The notes under the pieces: model-generated | Databases searched by the model: none | Told to the model about the DNA's origin: nothing | What the model saw: the letters and a program-made list of their open reading frames with translations, nothing else | Position numbers and translations under genes: made by a program | Origin: an uncultured candidate division Zixibacteria bacterium | GTDB taxonomy: Bacteria; Zixibacteria; MSB-5A5; UBA10806; 4484-95 | Direction: 5' to 3' | Assembly (NCBI GenBank): GCA_963668625.2 | Contig: CAXXKA010000001.1 | Coordinates: 384,001-448,000, forward strand | DNA length: 64,000 bases | Shown here: positions 29,219-38,003 of the stretch, in pieces | Layout of the letters: each line of letters starts with the position of its first letter | Numbering within the stretch: the stretch's first letter is position 1

Positions 29219-30013
29219 ATGAGTGATATCAAGATTTCAGTTGACAGTACTACCGCGCCGGGCAGCGATAAAGAGGTTACCGTAATCCGGGTTGACGGTG
29301 TAATCGATACCATGACCGCCACGGAGCTCGAGAAGGTAGCCAACTCTCTTTTATCCCAGAAGAAGTACAATATTATCGTTGATCTGGGCGGTGTGGATTA
29401 TATATCATCGGCAGGCTGGGGTATATTTATTTCCAATATTCGGGAAATTCGCCTCAATGACGGCGATATAAAGCTGGCCCGGATGATACCCAACGTATAC
29501 GAGATTTTCGAACTACTGGAGTTTGACAGTATCCTCAAAGCATTCGATAATCTTGAAAAGGCCAAAGCGGATTTTGCCGGGGCGGTGCCGGCCGAGCAGA
29601 CGAGGGTCGAGATACTCGAGCCAAAACCTGTCACCGTAGGCAAGCAGAGCTCTGATGGATTGGATGCCCAGCTTGAAAGCGGCCGCCAATCGGATGCAAA
29701 TCTCGGTAGCGCTCCCTCGACGGAGTTCGGGGAGAATGCCGGCAATCCTGATTCACCGCGGATAAAAAACGAAAATACCACCGCCGAGCCGGGTGTGGAA
29801 CAGGCTCCGGCAAGCGTTCGGAAATTCGAGGACGCTATAATGGAAATTATCGGTAAAGACCCTTTTCTCAGTGTCGGCGAAATTAAAAATGCCGTGCTGA
29901 AAGAGTTCCCCAGAACAGGTTTTTTGAAGACCTGGTGGACATTGCGTAAATTGGGTTTAAGTTCGAAAAAGAAACGGTTTTATTTTGCCAGAACCCGCAG
30001 GTTTACTAAGTAG
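29219..30013 (+). CDS. STAS anti-sigma-factor antagonist with a C-terminal HTH-like extension
   Basis: DLGGVDYISSAGWG phosphoacceptor motif; acidic linker; basic helical C-terminal domain. Confidence 0.85.
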   Translation: MSDIKISVDSTTAPGSDKEVTVIRVDGVIDTMTATELEKVANSLLSQKKYNIIVDLGGVDYISSAGWGIFISNIREIRLNDGDIKLARMIPNVYEIFELLEFDSILKAFDNLEKAKADFAGAVPAEQTRVEILEPKPVTVGKQSSDGLDAQLESGRQSDANLGSAPSTEFGENAGNPDSPRIKNENTTAEPGVEQAPASVRKFEDAIMEIIGKDPFLSVGEIKNAVLKEFPRTGFLKTWWTLRKLGLSSKKKRFYFARTRRFTK

Positions 30014-30038
30014 TACCGTTAATATTATTTAGAAGTGA

Positions 30039-31853
30039 ATGTTGATTTTTTGGATAATACCACTCAGTATAGTTATTGTACTGGCAGTTATAGCAATTGC
30101 CGTTTTACTTGTCAGGTTATATAAAACCACTAAAAAAACCCGCAAGGTAATAAGCGAACTATACGATCTAAAAACGGACTATAGTTTCAGGGATAAGGTT
30201 TTTCAGCTTAATAAGGCGTTTTTCGGTTTCAGGCATGGCAATCAAAGAAAAAGCCAGTTATTGAAAATCGCCGAGGATCTCAAGGCCGGACTTCACCTGG
30301 GTAAATTCATTATTTACTGTTCACAGAGAAACATGATGCAACCCTCGATGGGGATCGGCTACAAGCTCAGAAGTTTAAATCCGTTCAGGATTGATTTCAT
30401 CGATAAGATAATTCCCACGGAGAGCGGCGGCAAGAAATCGAATCGCAGGAGCTTCACGTTCGATCTCGAGCAAATCAAGCAAATTGCGAACACGGGCGAG
30501 TTGGAAATAGCCCCTGTTGGTATGTTCGGTTTCCTATATAAAGCCGGTAATAATCTCACCCTGTTCATCGGAGAGGACCCACGGGGAGAACTGGCGAAGT
30601 ATTGTACCATCGATGAATTCAATTCCGCGATCTGGCCGCTTCTTAACAGTTTCTGCCAGAATTATAGCCAGATCAAGAAGAATCAGGACAAGGCAAAAAC
30701 ATTGCAATCGCAATTGAAAAACGCACAGACCGAGCTAAGCGGACTTTCACGTAAGCTGAAATATAAATCTATCGATCTGCGTTCGTTTTATAAAATTTCC
30801 AATGAGCTTTTTTCGAATTTCGATGAAGCTCAATTGTTTGATTCGCTGATAAATTCTATAGACAGTGTCTTAAAACCCGCCAATATCGCTATAGTCGTTC
30901 CCGATCCCGATAACAGGGAGTTTTTCCGAATCGCAGCGGCCAAAGGCAAATTGAATCCTGATATGAAAAAGCTGAAATTCCCGGTTGATGATCATATCAG
31001 GAAGCTTCTAAAAACGCGCAAACAGGCAATATTACTGCCAATATTAAGCTCCGGCTTACCTGATGATAATCCGTTTATAGAGATGACTTTAACTCATGGT
31101 TACCTGGTTATGGAGAGATTGGAAGCCGATTCGGAGATAAAAGGTTTGGTGTTAATCGGCGAAAAATCGGATGGTCGTAATTACGAGGATTCGGAACTGG
31201 ATATTTTCTCGACGATTTCCAATATGGCCTCCTTAGCCATGAACAATTTAAAACAGTACCACGTAATAGAGAAAATGTCGTACACTGATTTTCTGACGGA
31301 GGTTTACAACTACCGGTATTTCTACAAACGTCTTCGTGAGGAGATATTTCGCGCTAAAAGATTTGACAGGATGCTGGCATTAGTGATATTTGATATCGAT
31401 AATTTCAAATCGTTTAACGATACCTACGGTCATCAAGCCGGTGATGAGGTTTTGCGAAATCTGGCACGGCTGGTCACCGATAGTGTACGAGCGATCGATA
31501 TCGTAAGCCGATATGGTGGTGAGGAGTTCTGTATTATCATGCCTGATACGGGCTTTGCCAACTGTTTGATATTAGTCGAACGATTGAGAAAAATGATTGA
31601 GGAATATAAATTTAGGAGCGACCTTGTCGATGAAGGTTATAGTATCACAGTGTCGATCGGAGGAGCGATTTACCCTGTAGATGCTCAAACACCTGATCGA
31701 TTCATATACTGTGCCGATATGGCTTTGCTCAAGGCAAAACAGGATGGCAGAAACCGATCGATGATGTTTAATAGTTTAATGCTTGAGGATGAGGCTTTAG
31801 TCAAAGGCTCTCAACAACAATTAACGGATATGAGGATTTATGAGGATTTATAA
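30039..31853 (+). CDS. membrane-anchored GAF-GGDEF diguanylate cyclase
   Basis: N-terminal TM, coiled coil, GAF-like region, DFLT, DIDNFKSFND.YGH..GD, RAID I-site, GGEEF. Confidence 0.9.
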   Translation: MLIFWIIPLSIVIVLAVIAIAVLLVRLYKTTKKTRKVISELYDLKTDYSFRDKVFQLNKAFFGFRHGNQRKSQLLKIAEDLKAGLHLGKFIIYCSQRNMMQPSMGIGYKLRSLNPFRIDFIDKIIPTESGGKKSNRRSFTFDLEQIKQIANTGELEIAPVGMFGFLYKAGNNLTLFIGEDPRGELAKYCTIDEFNSAIWPLLNSFCQNYSQIKKNQDKAKTLQSQLKNAQTELSGLSRKLKYKSIDLRSFYKISNELFSNFDEAQLFDSLINSIDSVLKPANIAIVVPDPDNREFFRIAAAKGKLNPDMKKLKFPVDDHIRKLLKTRKQAILLPILSSGLPDDNPFIEMTLTHGYLVMERLEADSEIKGLVLIGEKSDGRNYEDSELDIFSTISNMASLAMNNLKQYHVIEKMSYTDFLTEVYNYRYFYKRLREEIFRAKRFDRMLALVIFDIDNFKSFNDTYGHQAGDEVLRNLARLVTDSVRAIDIVSRYGGEEFCIIMPDTGFANCLILVERLRKMIEEYKFRSDLVDEGYSITVSIGGAIYPVDAQTPDRFIYCADMALLKAKQDGRNRSMMFNSLMLEDEALVKGSQQQLTDMRIYEDL

Positions 31854-32841
31854 GTTAATAATAGCCATATTCGCGGTCTTGACCGTTACTGTATCGGCCC
31901 AGGATGACCAGGCATACAATATCGGCATCGATGATGTCTTGAGCATTACGTTCTGGCAGGAGCCCGATCTTAATTCCGATGTCAGGGTGAGAAACGATGG
32001 TAAAATAACGCTGCCGGTTATAGGCGATATAAACGCCGTTGGTTTGACCACCGCCCAGCTTGCCAAGGATGTTGTCAAGCAGATATCATTCTACAATCCG
32101 GGTATCTCTCAGGCAACAGTGATAGTCAGTGAATACAACAGTAAAGTCGTGGTTATAAGCGGTTCGGTAAATACCCCTGGCGAGTATCATTTCGAGCGCA
32201 TTCCTAACATACTCGAGGTTATCCGTCGCGCGGGAGGCGCCATGCCGGAGGCCGATTTAACCGGCGTAACCATTATCCGCCAGAGTGATGAGGGCAAAGC
32301 TGATGTTATCGATGTTAACCTGGCTAAATATATCAAAGATGGCGACCTAACTAAAATGCCGAAACTGAAGGCGAAGGATATGGTCAACGTCCCGGTTTCG
32401 CCGTATGGTGTTACCACCGAATTAATGACCGGTCAGACTTTTGAGGGTAAGGATATTTATTATATCTATGGCGCCGTCAACGAGCCGGGCGTAAAACAGC
32501 TGGCCGAGGATATCGAACTCGTGGATGCTATCGCAGCCGCCGGTGGTATTACCGCCGACGCTGATATGAAAAACGTGCGGGTCGTGCTGAAAGATGTCCG
32601 CTATTCGTCGGTGCTTAAATTCAATTTGAAAGATTATCACGATACGGGTCGTCCGGCCCGCTACAGGCTGAAGCCGGAGGACACCATTTACATTCCTTAC
32701 GGCGGCGGCGGATCGTTTTTGTCGAGAATTCCCGAGCTAATAATTCCGGCGCTGGCTACGACGATCGTAACGACTATCATTATCAACGCACTAGACAGTG
32801 GTGGCGACAGCGGTACTACTACCACCGAGGGGACAGAATAA
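31840..32841 (+). CDS. Wza-like polysaccharide export protein with SLBB domains
   Basis: IGIDDVLSI...VRNDGKITLPVIG; two G.V..PG SLBB repeats; C-terminal hydrophobic helix. Confidence 0.9.
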   Translation: MRIYKLIIAIFAVLTVTVSAQDDQAYNIGIDDVLSITFWQEPDLNSDVRVRNDGKITLPVIGDINAVGLTTAQLAKDVVKQISFYNPGISQATVIVSEYNSKVVVISGSVNTPGEYHFERIPNILEVIRRAGGAMPEADLTGVTIIRQSDEGKADVIDVNLAKYIKDGDLTKMPKLKAKDMVNVPVSPYGVTTELMTGQTFEGKDIYYIYGAVNEPGVKQLAEDIELVDAIAAAGGITADADMKNVRVVLKDVRYSSVLKFNLKDYHDTGRPARYRLKPEDTIYIPYGGGGSFLSRIPELIIPALATTIVTTIIINALDSGGDSGTTTTEGTE

Positions 32842-32842
32842 T

Positions 32843-34438
32843 ATGGCCGAATCGAATAATGCGGGTCAGGTTTTTAACATACGAGATTATCTTCAGATTA
32901 TAATAAAACGTAAGTGGTATTTGATAATGCCGACTATAATCGTGCCTCTGGTCGCGATATTGACGACTTTTTTCATGATGCCCACTTATCAATCCTCGAC
33001 GAAAATCCTTTTGAACGAGGCGAATGTACTGCCTTCGGTCGTGGAACAGGAGATCGGCTCGCGTACGCAGTATCGCCGTCAAAGCTCCGCTGAAATACAG
33101 AGCAAGTATTATAGCCAGATAACCTCGACTGCTTACCTGAAAAGCTTGATAGCCAAACTCGATATTCCCATTCCCGATGAGGTCAAAAGAACTATCTCCG
33201 AGCAGGTCGAAGGTATCGATAATATCGATATCGCCGAGCTGGCCGAAAATATTTTAATCAGTAAAATCCGCGATAAGATCGAGGTGAGAGTATCCGGGGC
33301 GAGTATCATCGGGATCGCCATAACCACCAATACGCCCATGATGGCCAAGAAAATGACCCAGACGCTGGCCGAGATATTTCTTGAGGAAAGCCTGGCTCAG
33401 GAATTAGCGGGTGTTCAGGGAAATATCACTTTCACCGAGGAGCAGCTGTCCGTATACCGGGATAAGCTTTACCGGGCGCAAAACGATTTAAAACAATTCC
33501 GTCAGCAAATTATTACCAGCACGGTTGAGGAAGACACTACAACGCTCTCGATGAATCTCAATTCGATATTCTCGGCGGTCGAGGCGCTTGATTCGGAAAT
33601 CAAAAGCGCTGAGGAGAGAAAATCCGAGCTGAGGATTAATCTCAGGCCACATAAAATCGATTTGAACGCCATCTCCCTGTCGGCAAAAACTCATAATCTT
33701 CAAAAGAGCCTGATGGGGACGATTCCCCGCCTGGCTGAACTTCTGGGCCGCTATAGCTGGCGTGACGCCCGAGTCGTTGCTTTGAACCAGGAAGCCCGAA
33801 TTATCAGCGACTCGATCAGAACCGAGATCGAGAATTATGTGCAGGGCAGGTATTCGAGCATTCCTAAGTATGCCCAGACGGACTTGATAGATTATCTGAT
33901 GCTCGATACCAATATGGAATTTATCCGTACCAAGAGCGCCGAGATGAGTAAAAGTATCGGCAAGATTAAATCGCGTTTAACCCGCGATCCTGATATCGAG
34001 GTAACCCTGGATCGTCTCCAGTCGGAGGTGGATCGTTATCGCGAACTGTATGATCTATTCGTGAAAAACTCACAATTCGCGGCGATCAACCAGAGCGCTA
34101 AAACCATCGAGGCCGAATCGAAATACATGATCGTTCAACCCGCTGATTTGCCACTCGAACCGGTCAGCCCCAGCCGCGTGAAAATGCTGGTATTGGGAGT
34201 GATCCTGGGAGTAGTTTTAGGCGTAGGTATTATCCTTTTGCTGGCAATCCTGGATGATTCGTATAAGAAAGTAGATGAGGTCGAAAGCGAACTGGGCTTA
34301 CAGGTTCTGGCCACTATCCCGAGATTGTCCACGCCTTATCAAACTAAAAACAAGGAGCGCGGATTAATCTACGCGGGAACCGTAATCAGTGTGTTGTTAA
34401 TAGCGGCAATCATATATATGAAATTCAGAAATGGTTAG
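32843..34438 (+). CDS. polysaccharide co-polymerase (Wzc/GumC membrane part)
   Basis: DYLQIIIKRKW, PTYQSST, coiled coil, PADLP.EPVSP, VESELGLQVLATIP; start moved to ATG 32843. Confidence 0.88.
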   Translation: MAESNNAGQVFNIRDYLQIIIKRKWYLIMPTIIVPLVAILTTFFMMPTYQSSTKILLNEANVLPSVVEQEIGSRTQYRRQSSAEIQSKYYSQITSTAYLKSLIAKLDIPIPDEVKRTISEQVEGIDNIDIAELAENILISKIRDKIEVRVSGASIIGIAITTNTPMMAKKMTQTLAEIFLEESLAQELAGVQGNITFTEEQLSVYRDKLYRAQNDLKQFRQQIITSTVEEDTTTLSMNLNSIFSAVEALDSEIKSAEERKSELRINLRPHKIDLNAISLSAKTHNLQKSLMGTIPRLAELLGRYSWRDARVVALNQEARIISDSIRTEIENYVQGRYSSIPKYAQTDLIDYLMLDTNMEFIRTKSAEMSKSIGKIKSRLTRDPDIEVTLDRLQSEVDRYRELYDLFVKNSQFAAINQSAKTIEAESKYMIVQPADLPLEPVSPSRVKMLVLGVILGVVLGVGIILLLAILDDSYKKVDEVESELGLQVLATIPRLSTPYQTKNKERGLIYAGTVISVLLIAAIIYMKFRNG

Positions 34439-34444
34439 GAATAA

Positions 34445-35557
34445 ATGGATCAATTAACGCTAACATCGAAATTACGGGGCATGGGAAAAGAGTTTTTCCT
34501 ACAATCCTCGGGTGACCCCAAAAATAGTAAAGGAAGCTGTATACTGTTCGAGGATGGTAATCCGGTCGATGTTTTAGAATTCACTTTACCGGACAACCCC
34601 AAACAGGCGGCCGGTGTAATCGAGGAATATCATAGGTTACGCCAGGATAGATTCCAGGCGTTAAGCGATTTGTATTCGGAATTAGCCGATGAGACCGAGA
34701 CGCAGATTTTAGAGAAACTCGCCGTATCGCTGATCGAACAGAAGCTTTTCGATGAGGCGGCTAAAGTATTGGAACGCGCGGTAAAACAGGCGCCGCAGAA
34801 CTCCCGTCTGTTAAACCATCTGGGATTGACCTGCATGGAGATAGAGGATTACGATAAAGCCTACGAGAATTTCTCGAAAATAGTGGAAATACAGCCGGAT
34901 TATCCTGATTATCACAACAATCTCGGTAAAGCCCTCTTAAAAAGCGGTCAATGTTTCAAAGCTTATAAAGCATTCGAACAGGCGATAAAGTTAAACGTAT
35001 ATTTCGCTGAATCTTATTACAATATGGCCATGGCCGTGATACTAAACGGCATCAAAAAAGAGGATTATAACCTGGCGCAAAATCTCGAGGATAATGCCAC
35101 TAATTTACTGGCGAAATCGGTGGGATTTAACCCCTCGTTTAAAAATTTCTACCTTCAGAGAGGGTTGGACGCGCTCGAAAATAAAGATTTGGAACGGGCG
35201 TTTATCGAGTTGAGTAAAGGTTATGAAATAGCCACGGATGGCAAATTCCCGAAAAAAACTTTCAATTTCCATCTGGAGTATCTTTTCCAGAACGAGAACT
35301 TGCGCGAGGATTCGGTTGTCCGACACATCAAAAGATTAAATAAACAGTTGGAGTCGCATCCTAATTATCCCGATCTTTATAATGAATTGGGTATGGCATA
35401 TACGGTTTTGACACAGTTTCACAGCGACCGGGCGATAGAGGCTTTCCAGAAAGCCTTGAAATTGAATCCTGAATATAAAATCGCGATGAAAAACCTGAAA
35501 CTTACCCAGAACGAACTTAAAGGTTTGAAAACACTGTTGAGGGCTATACTAAAATGA
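34445..35557 (+). CDS. cytoplasmic TPR protein
   Basis: P.YPDYHNNLG and PNYPDLYNELG TPR units; no signal peptide. Confidence 0.8.
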   Translation: MDQLTLTSKLRGMGKEFFLQSSGDPKNSKGSCILFEDGNPVDVLEFTLPDNPKQAAGVIEEYHRLRQDRFQALSDLYSELADETETQILEKLAVSLIEQKLFDEAAKVLERAVKQAPQNSRLLNHLGLTCMEIEDYDKAYENFSKIVEIQPDYPDYHNNLGKALLKSGQCFKAYKAFEQAIKLNVYFAESYYNMAMAVILNGIKKEDYNLAQNLEDNATNLLAKSVGFNPSFKNFYLQRGLDALENKDLERAFIELSKGYEIATDGKFPKKTFNFHLEYLFQNENLREDSVVRHIKRLNKQLESHPNYPDLYNELGMAYTVLTQFHSDRAIEAFQKALKLNPEYKIAMKNLKLTQNELKGLKTLLRAILK

Positions 35558-36261
35558 AAATAGAGTCAGTCGTTAATTTCTATGATAGAGAATCTGTCGG
35601 CGCTACCGAATTCCGTAGGCTATACGCCAATATCCGCAAAGGCGAAAACGGCGAACTTCGCAACCTGATGATAACTTCATCTGCGGTGGAGGAGGGCAAA
35701 TCAACGATATCATCGTTTTTAGCCATGTCCATTGCCGAAAGTACCGAGCAGAAGATATTGCTTCTCGATACCGATATGCGTCGCCCGATGATTAACGTGC
35801 TGTTCAAATTGCCGCTGGAAACCGGCTTCTCCGACCTTCTTTTGAAAGAAATCGATGTTAAAGACGCTATCAAACAGACTCCCATACAGAACCTTTCGAT
35901 TATCACCGCCGGTAAACTGATTCAGGATCCCTCGGCGATTTTAAACCCAAAGAGGCTTCACGATGTTTTAGAGGAATTGAAATTCTACTTCGATTTCATC
36001 GTGGTTGACGCTCCGCCGGTTATCCCGGTGTCCGATCCTGTCATTATTGCCGCCGAAACCGATGCCACACTTCTGGTTGTCAGGGCCGGTTCGACTCCCC
36101 GGGATGTTGTCAAGCGATCGCAAAATTTCCTCAATAATTCCCGCATAAATGTACTGGGTGTTGTCCTAAACAACTACGATGAGGTACTCCCTTATTACTA
36201 TAGCCCTCGCTATTATTCGTATAAATACTATAATAGAGAGAGTGATAGTGTTAAAAAGTGA
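35554..36261 (+). CDS. CpsD/CapB family bacterial tyrosine kinase
   Basis: ITSS..EEGKST, DTDMRRP, VVDAPP, C-terminal Tyr cluster YYYSPRYYSYKYY. Confidence 0.92.
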   Translation: MKIESVVNFYDRESVGATEFRRLYANIRKGENGELRNLMITSSAVEEGKSTISSFLAMSIAESTEQKILLLDTDMRRPMINVLFKLPLETGFSDLLLKEIDVKDAIKQTPIQNLSIITAGKLIQDPSAILNPKRLHDVLEELKFYFDFIVVDAPPVIPVSDPVIIAAETDATLLVVRAGSTPRDVVKRSQNFLNNSRINVLGVVLNNYDEVLPYYYSPRYYSYKYYNRESDSVKK

Positions 36262-36454
36262 TGCATACAATATGCAACGATATGCATAAAGAGTTTGAAT
36301 CTTATTGCAACATCATAACTTAGATTGTTAATATACTGTTAAGGACATGCCCTATTGACTCATTGTCAAGTAGTAACTGGTTGTTATGTAATTAGTTACA
36401 AGAGTACTTTCAGGTAATTATTTTTCATAATATTAACACATATTGAATAATCAA

Positions 36455-36470
36455 TGGCACCGTATTTGCA
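36455..36470 (+). promoter_or_regulatory. sigma-54 (-24/-12) promoter
   Basis: TGGCACCGTATTTGCA, canonical GG-N10-GC; IHF-like TAACTGGTTGTTA at 36374; TTGAC-N5-GTCAA at 36355. Confidence 0.8.
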
Positions 36471-36522
36471 ATATGCCTACTTCAATGGCGAAACTTAATT
36501 TCAAAAAAATCTTGGGGGTATT

Positions 36523-37416
36523 ATGAGATACCAAAGTCCGATAGGAAATCCACTTTCACAATACTGGGAAGAGGAACTGGTATACGGCGGCGTCTCTCGT
36601 TACTGGAAAGACAGCGTTGCCGGTTTGAAGTATTTCTTTTCGGAGCATCTATTAGCGAATTTCATCCTGATTGCCAGTTTAATATTAAAAGCAGTATCAA
36701 TTAAGCCGGTAATCTCATCGGTAGTAGATTTTTATCGCATCTACGGATTCACCTGGACCGTTAAAAGAGGCCTGGATATGTTAGGCGCGATAGTAGGTAT
36801 TATTATATCATCACCGTTTTACCTTGTTGTCCCGATTTTAATCAAACTCGATTCTCCGGGACCCGTATTTTTCACTCAGGAGCGTATCGGCAAGAACCGT
36901 CGTAGAAGTAACCGTCGCAGTATGAGCGTTCCGATCTCCGATGACTTGCGCGGTAACGACCGCCGTCAGAATAGAGGTTTCGGCAAGCCTTTCGACGTAA
37001 TCAAATTCAGAACTATGCGTGCCGATGCCGAAAAGCAGACCGGACCGGTATGGGCCAAGAAAAGGGACCCTCGTATTACGAATCTGGGCGCTTTCCTGAG
37101 AGCCACCCGTATCGATGAATTACCGCAATTTTTCAATGTCCTGATGGGTGACATGAGCCTCGTGGGGCCCCGTCCCGAACGTCACTTCTTTATCGAGAAA
37201 CTTAAAAACAATATCGATAATTACGAGGGCAGGTTGTTAGTCAGGCCGGGAATCACCGGGTTGGCCCAGGTTGAGCACAAATATGACGAGTGCGAAGCCG
37301 ACACCGTTATCAAGGTTAAATACGATAACGATTATATCAAGAATTTAAATGTCTGGAAAGACATCAAGATAATGATTAAGACTTTCTATGTAGTCTTTGC
37401 CGCCAAGGGCATGTAA
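36523..37416 (+). CDS. priming sugar transferase (polyprenyl-phosphate glycosylphosphotransferase, Bac_transf)
   Basis: KRGLD, SPGPVFF.QERIG, KFRTM, DPRIT, DELPQF.NVL.GDMSLVGPRPE, PGITGLAQV. Confidence 0.92.
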   Translation: MRYQSPIGNPLSQYWEEELVYGGVSRYWKDSVAGLKYFFSEHLLANFILIASLILKAVSIKPVISSVVDFYRIYGFTWTVKRGLDMLGAIVGIIISSPFYLVVPILIKLDSPGPVFFTQERIGKNRRRSNRRSMSVPISDDLRGNDRRQNRGFGKPFDVIKFRTMRADAEKQTGPVWAKKRDPRITNLGAFLRATRIDELPQFFNVLMGDMSLVGPRPERHFFIEKLKNNIDNYEGRLLVRPGITGLAQVEHKYDECEADTVIKVKYDNDYIKNLNVWKDIKIMIKTFYVVFAAKGM

Positions 37417-37440
37417 GAGATTACTAAAAGTTTCGCCAGT

Positions 37441-37471
37441 AAAAAGGGAAGGTTTAGGCCTTCCTTTTTTT
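37441..37471. terminator. bidirectional-type rho-independent terminator
   Basis: AAAAAGGGAAGG-loop-CCTTCCTTTTTTT. Confidence 0.8.
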
Positions 37472-37611
37472 ATTGGATGGGAAGTGTGAAGGCGGCAGGC
37501 GTCCTCGTCTGCCATTTACCGATCTGCCCCTGCCAATTACCCCTTGTCAAATAGCCAGTGTTAACTATATTGCTTATACAGGGATGATGATAACTTGATA
37601 ATAGGTTACCT

Positions 37612-37982
37612 ATGAAATATCTCTCGTTAATATTCACGCTCACATTTATGATATCGGCCTACGCCGACTACCACTACGCCAGCCACTCCGGCAGTAATGA
37701 GTACCCGTATACAAGCTGGGGGACGGCGACTGACAGCATACAGCTTGCCATAGATGCCGCAGAGGCCGGGGATACGGTTGGGGGATATGGGAGCAGTACG
37801 ATATAATGGAACGTGTAGTTCGCAAACTTGTAAATGAGAGGAGGTATCCGGGGGAACACAGTGTAACATGGGATGGCAGAAACGATATGTGAGGCGAGGT
37901 ATCATCGGGCGTGTATTTTGTAAGATTAATTGTCTCTGATCTAGAGCTTATTAAACCTAATAAGATAATGTTAGTGAGATGA
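37612..37982 (+). pseudogene. internally deleted secreted protein: signal peptide and beta-helix-type N-terminus joined out of frame to a FlgD-type C-terminal domain
   Basis: Frame 1 MKYL...PYTSWGTATDSIQLAIDAAEAGDTV; another frame from 37797 YDIMERVVRKLV...HSVTWDGRNDM*GEVSSGVYFVRL...KIMLVR* with internal TGA at 37890. Confidence 0.75.
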
Positions 37983-38003
37983 TAAATAAAGGAGGAGGTA
38001 ATT

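Noticed and set aside
37890-37892. Recoded TGA (selenocysteine or alternative genetic code)
   Set aside because: TGA ends many normal genes here and the locus is also frameshifted, so pseudogenisation is simpler
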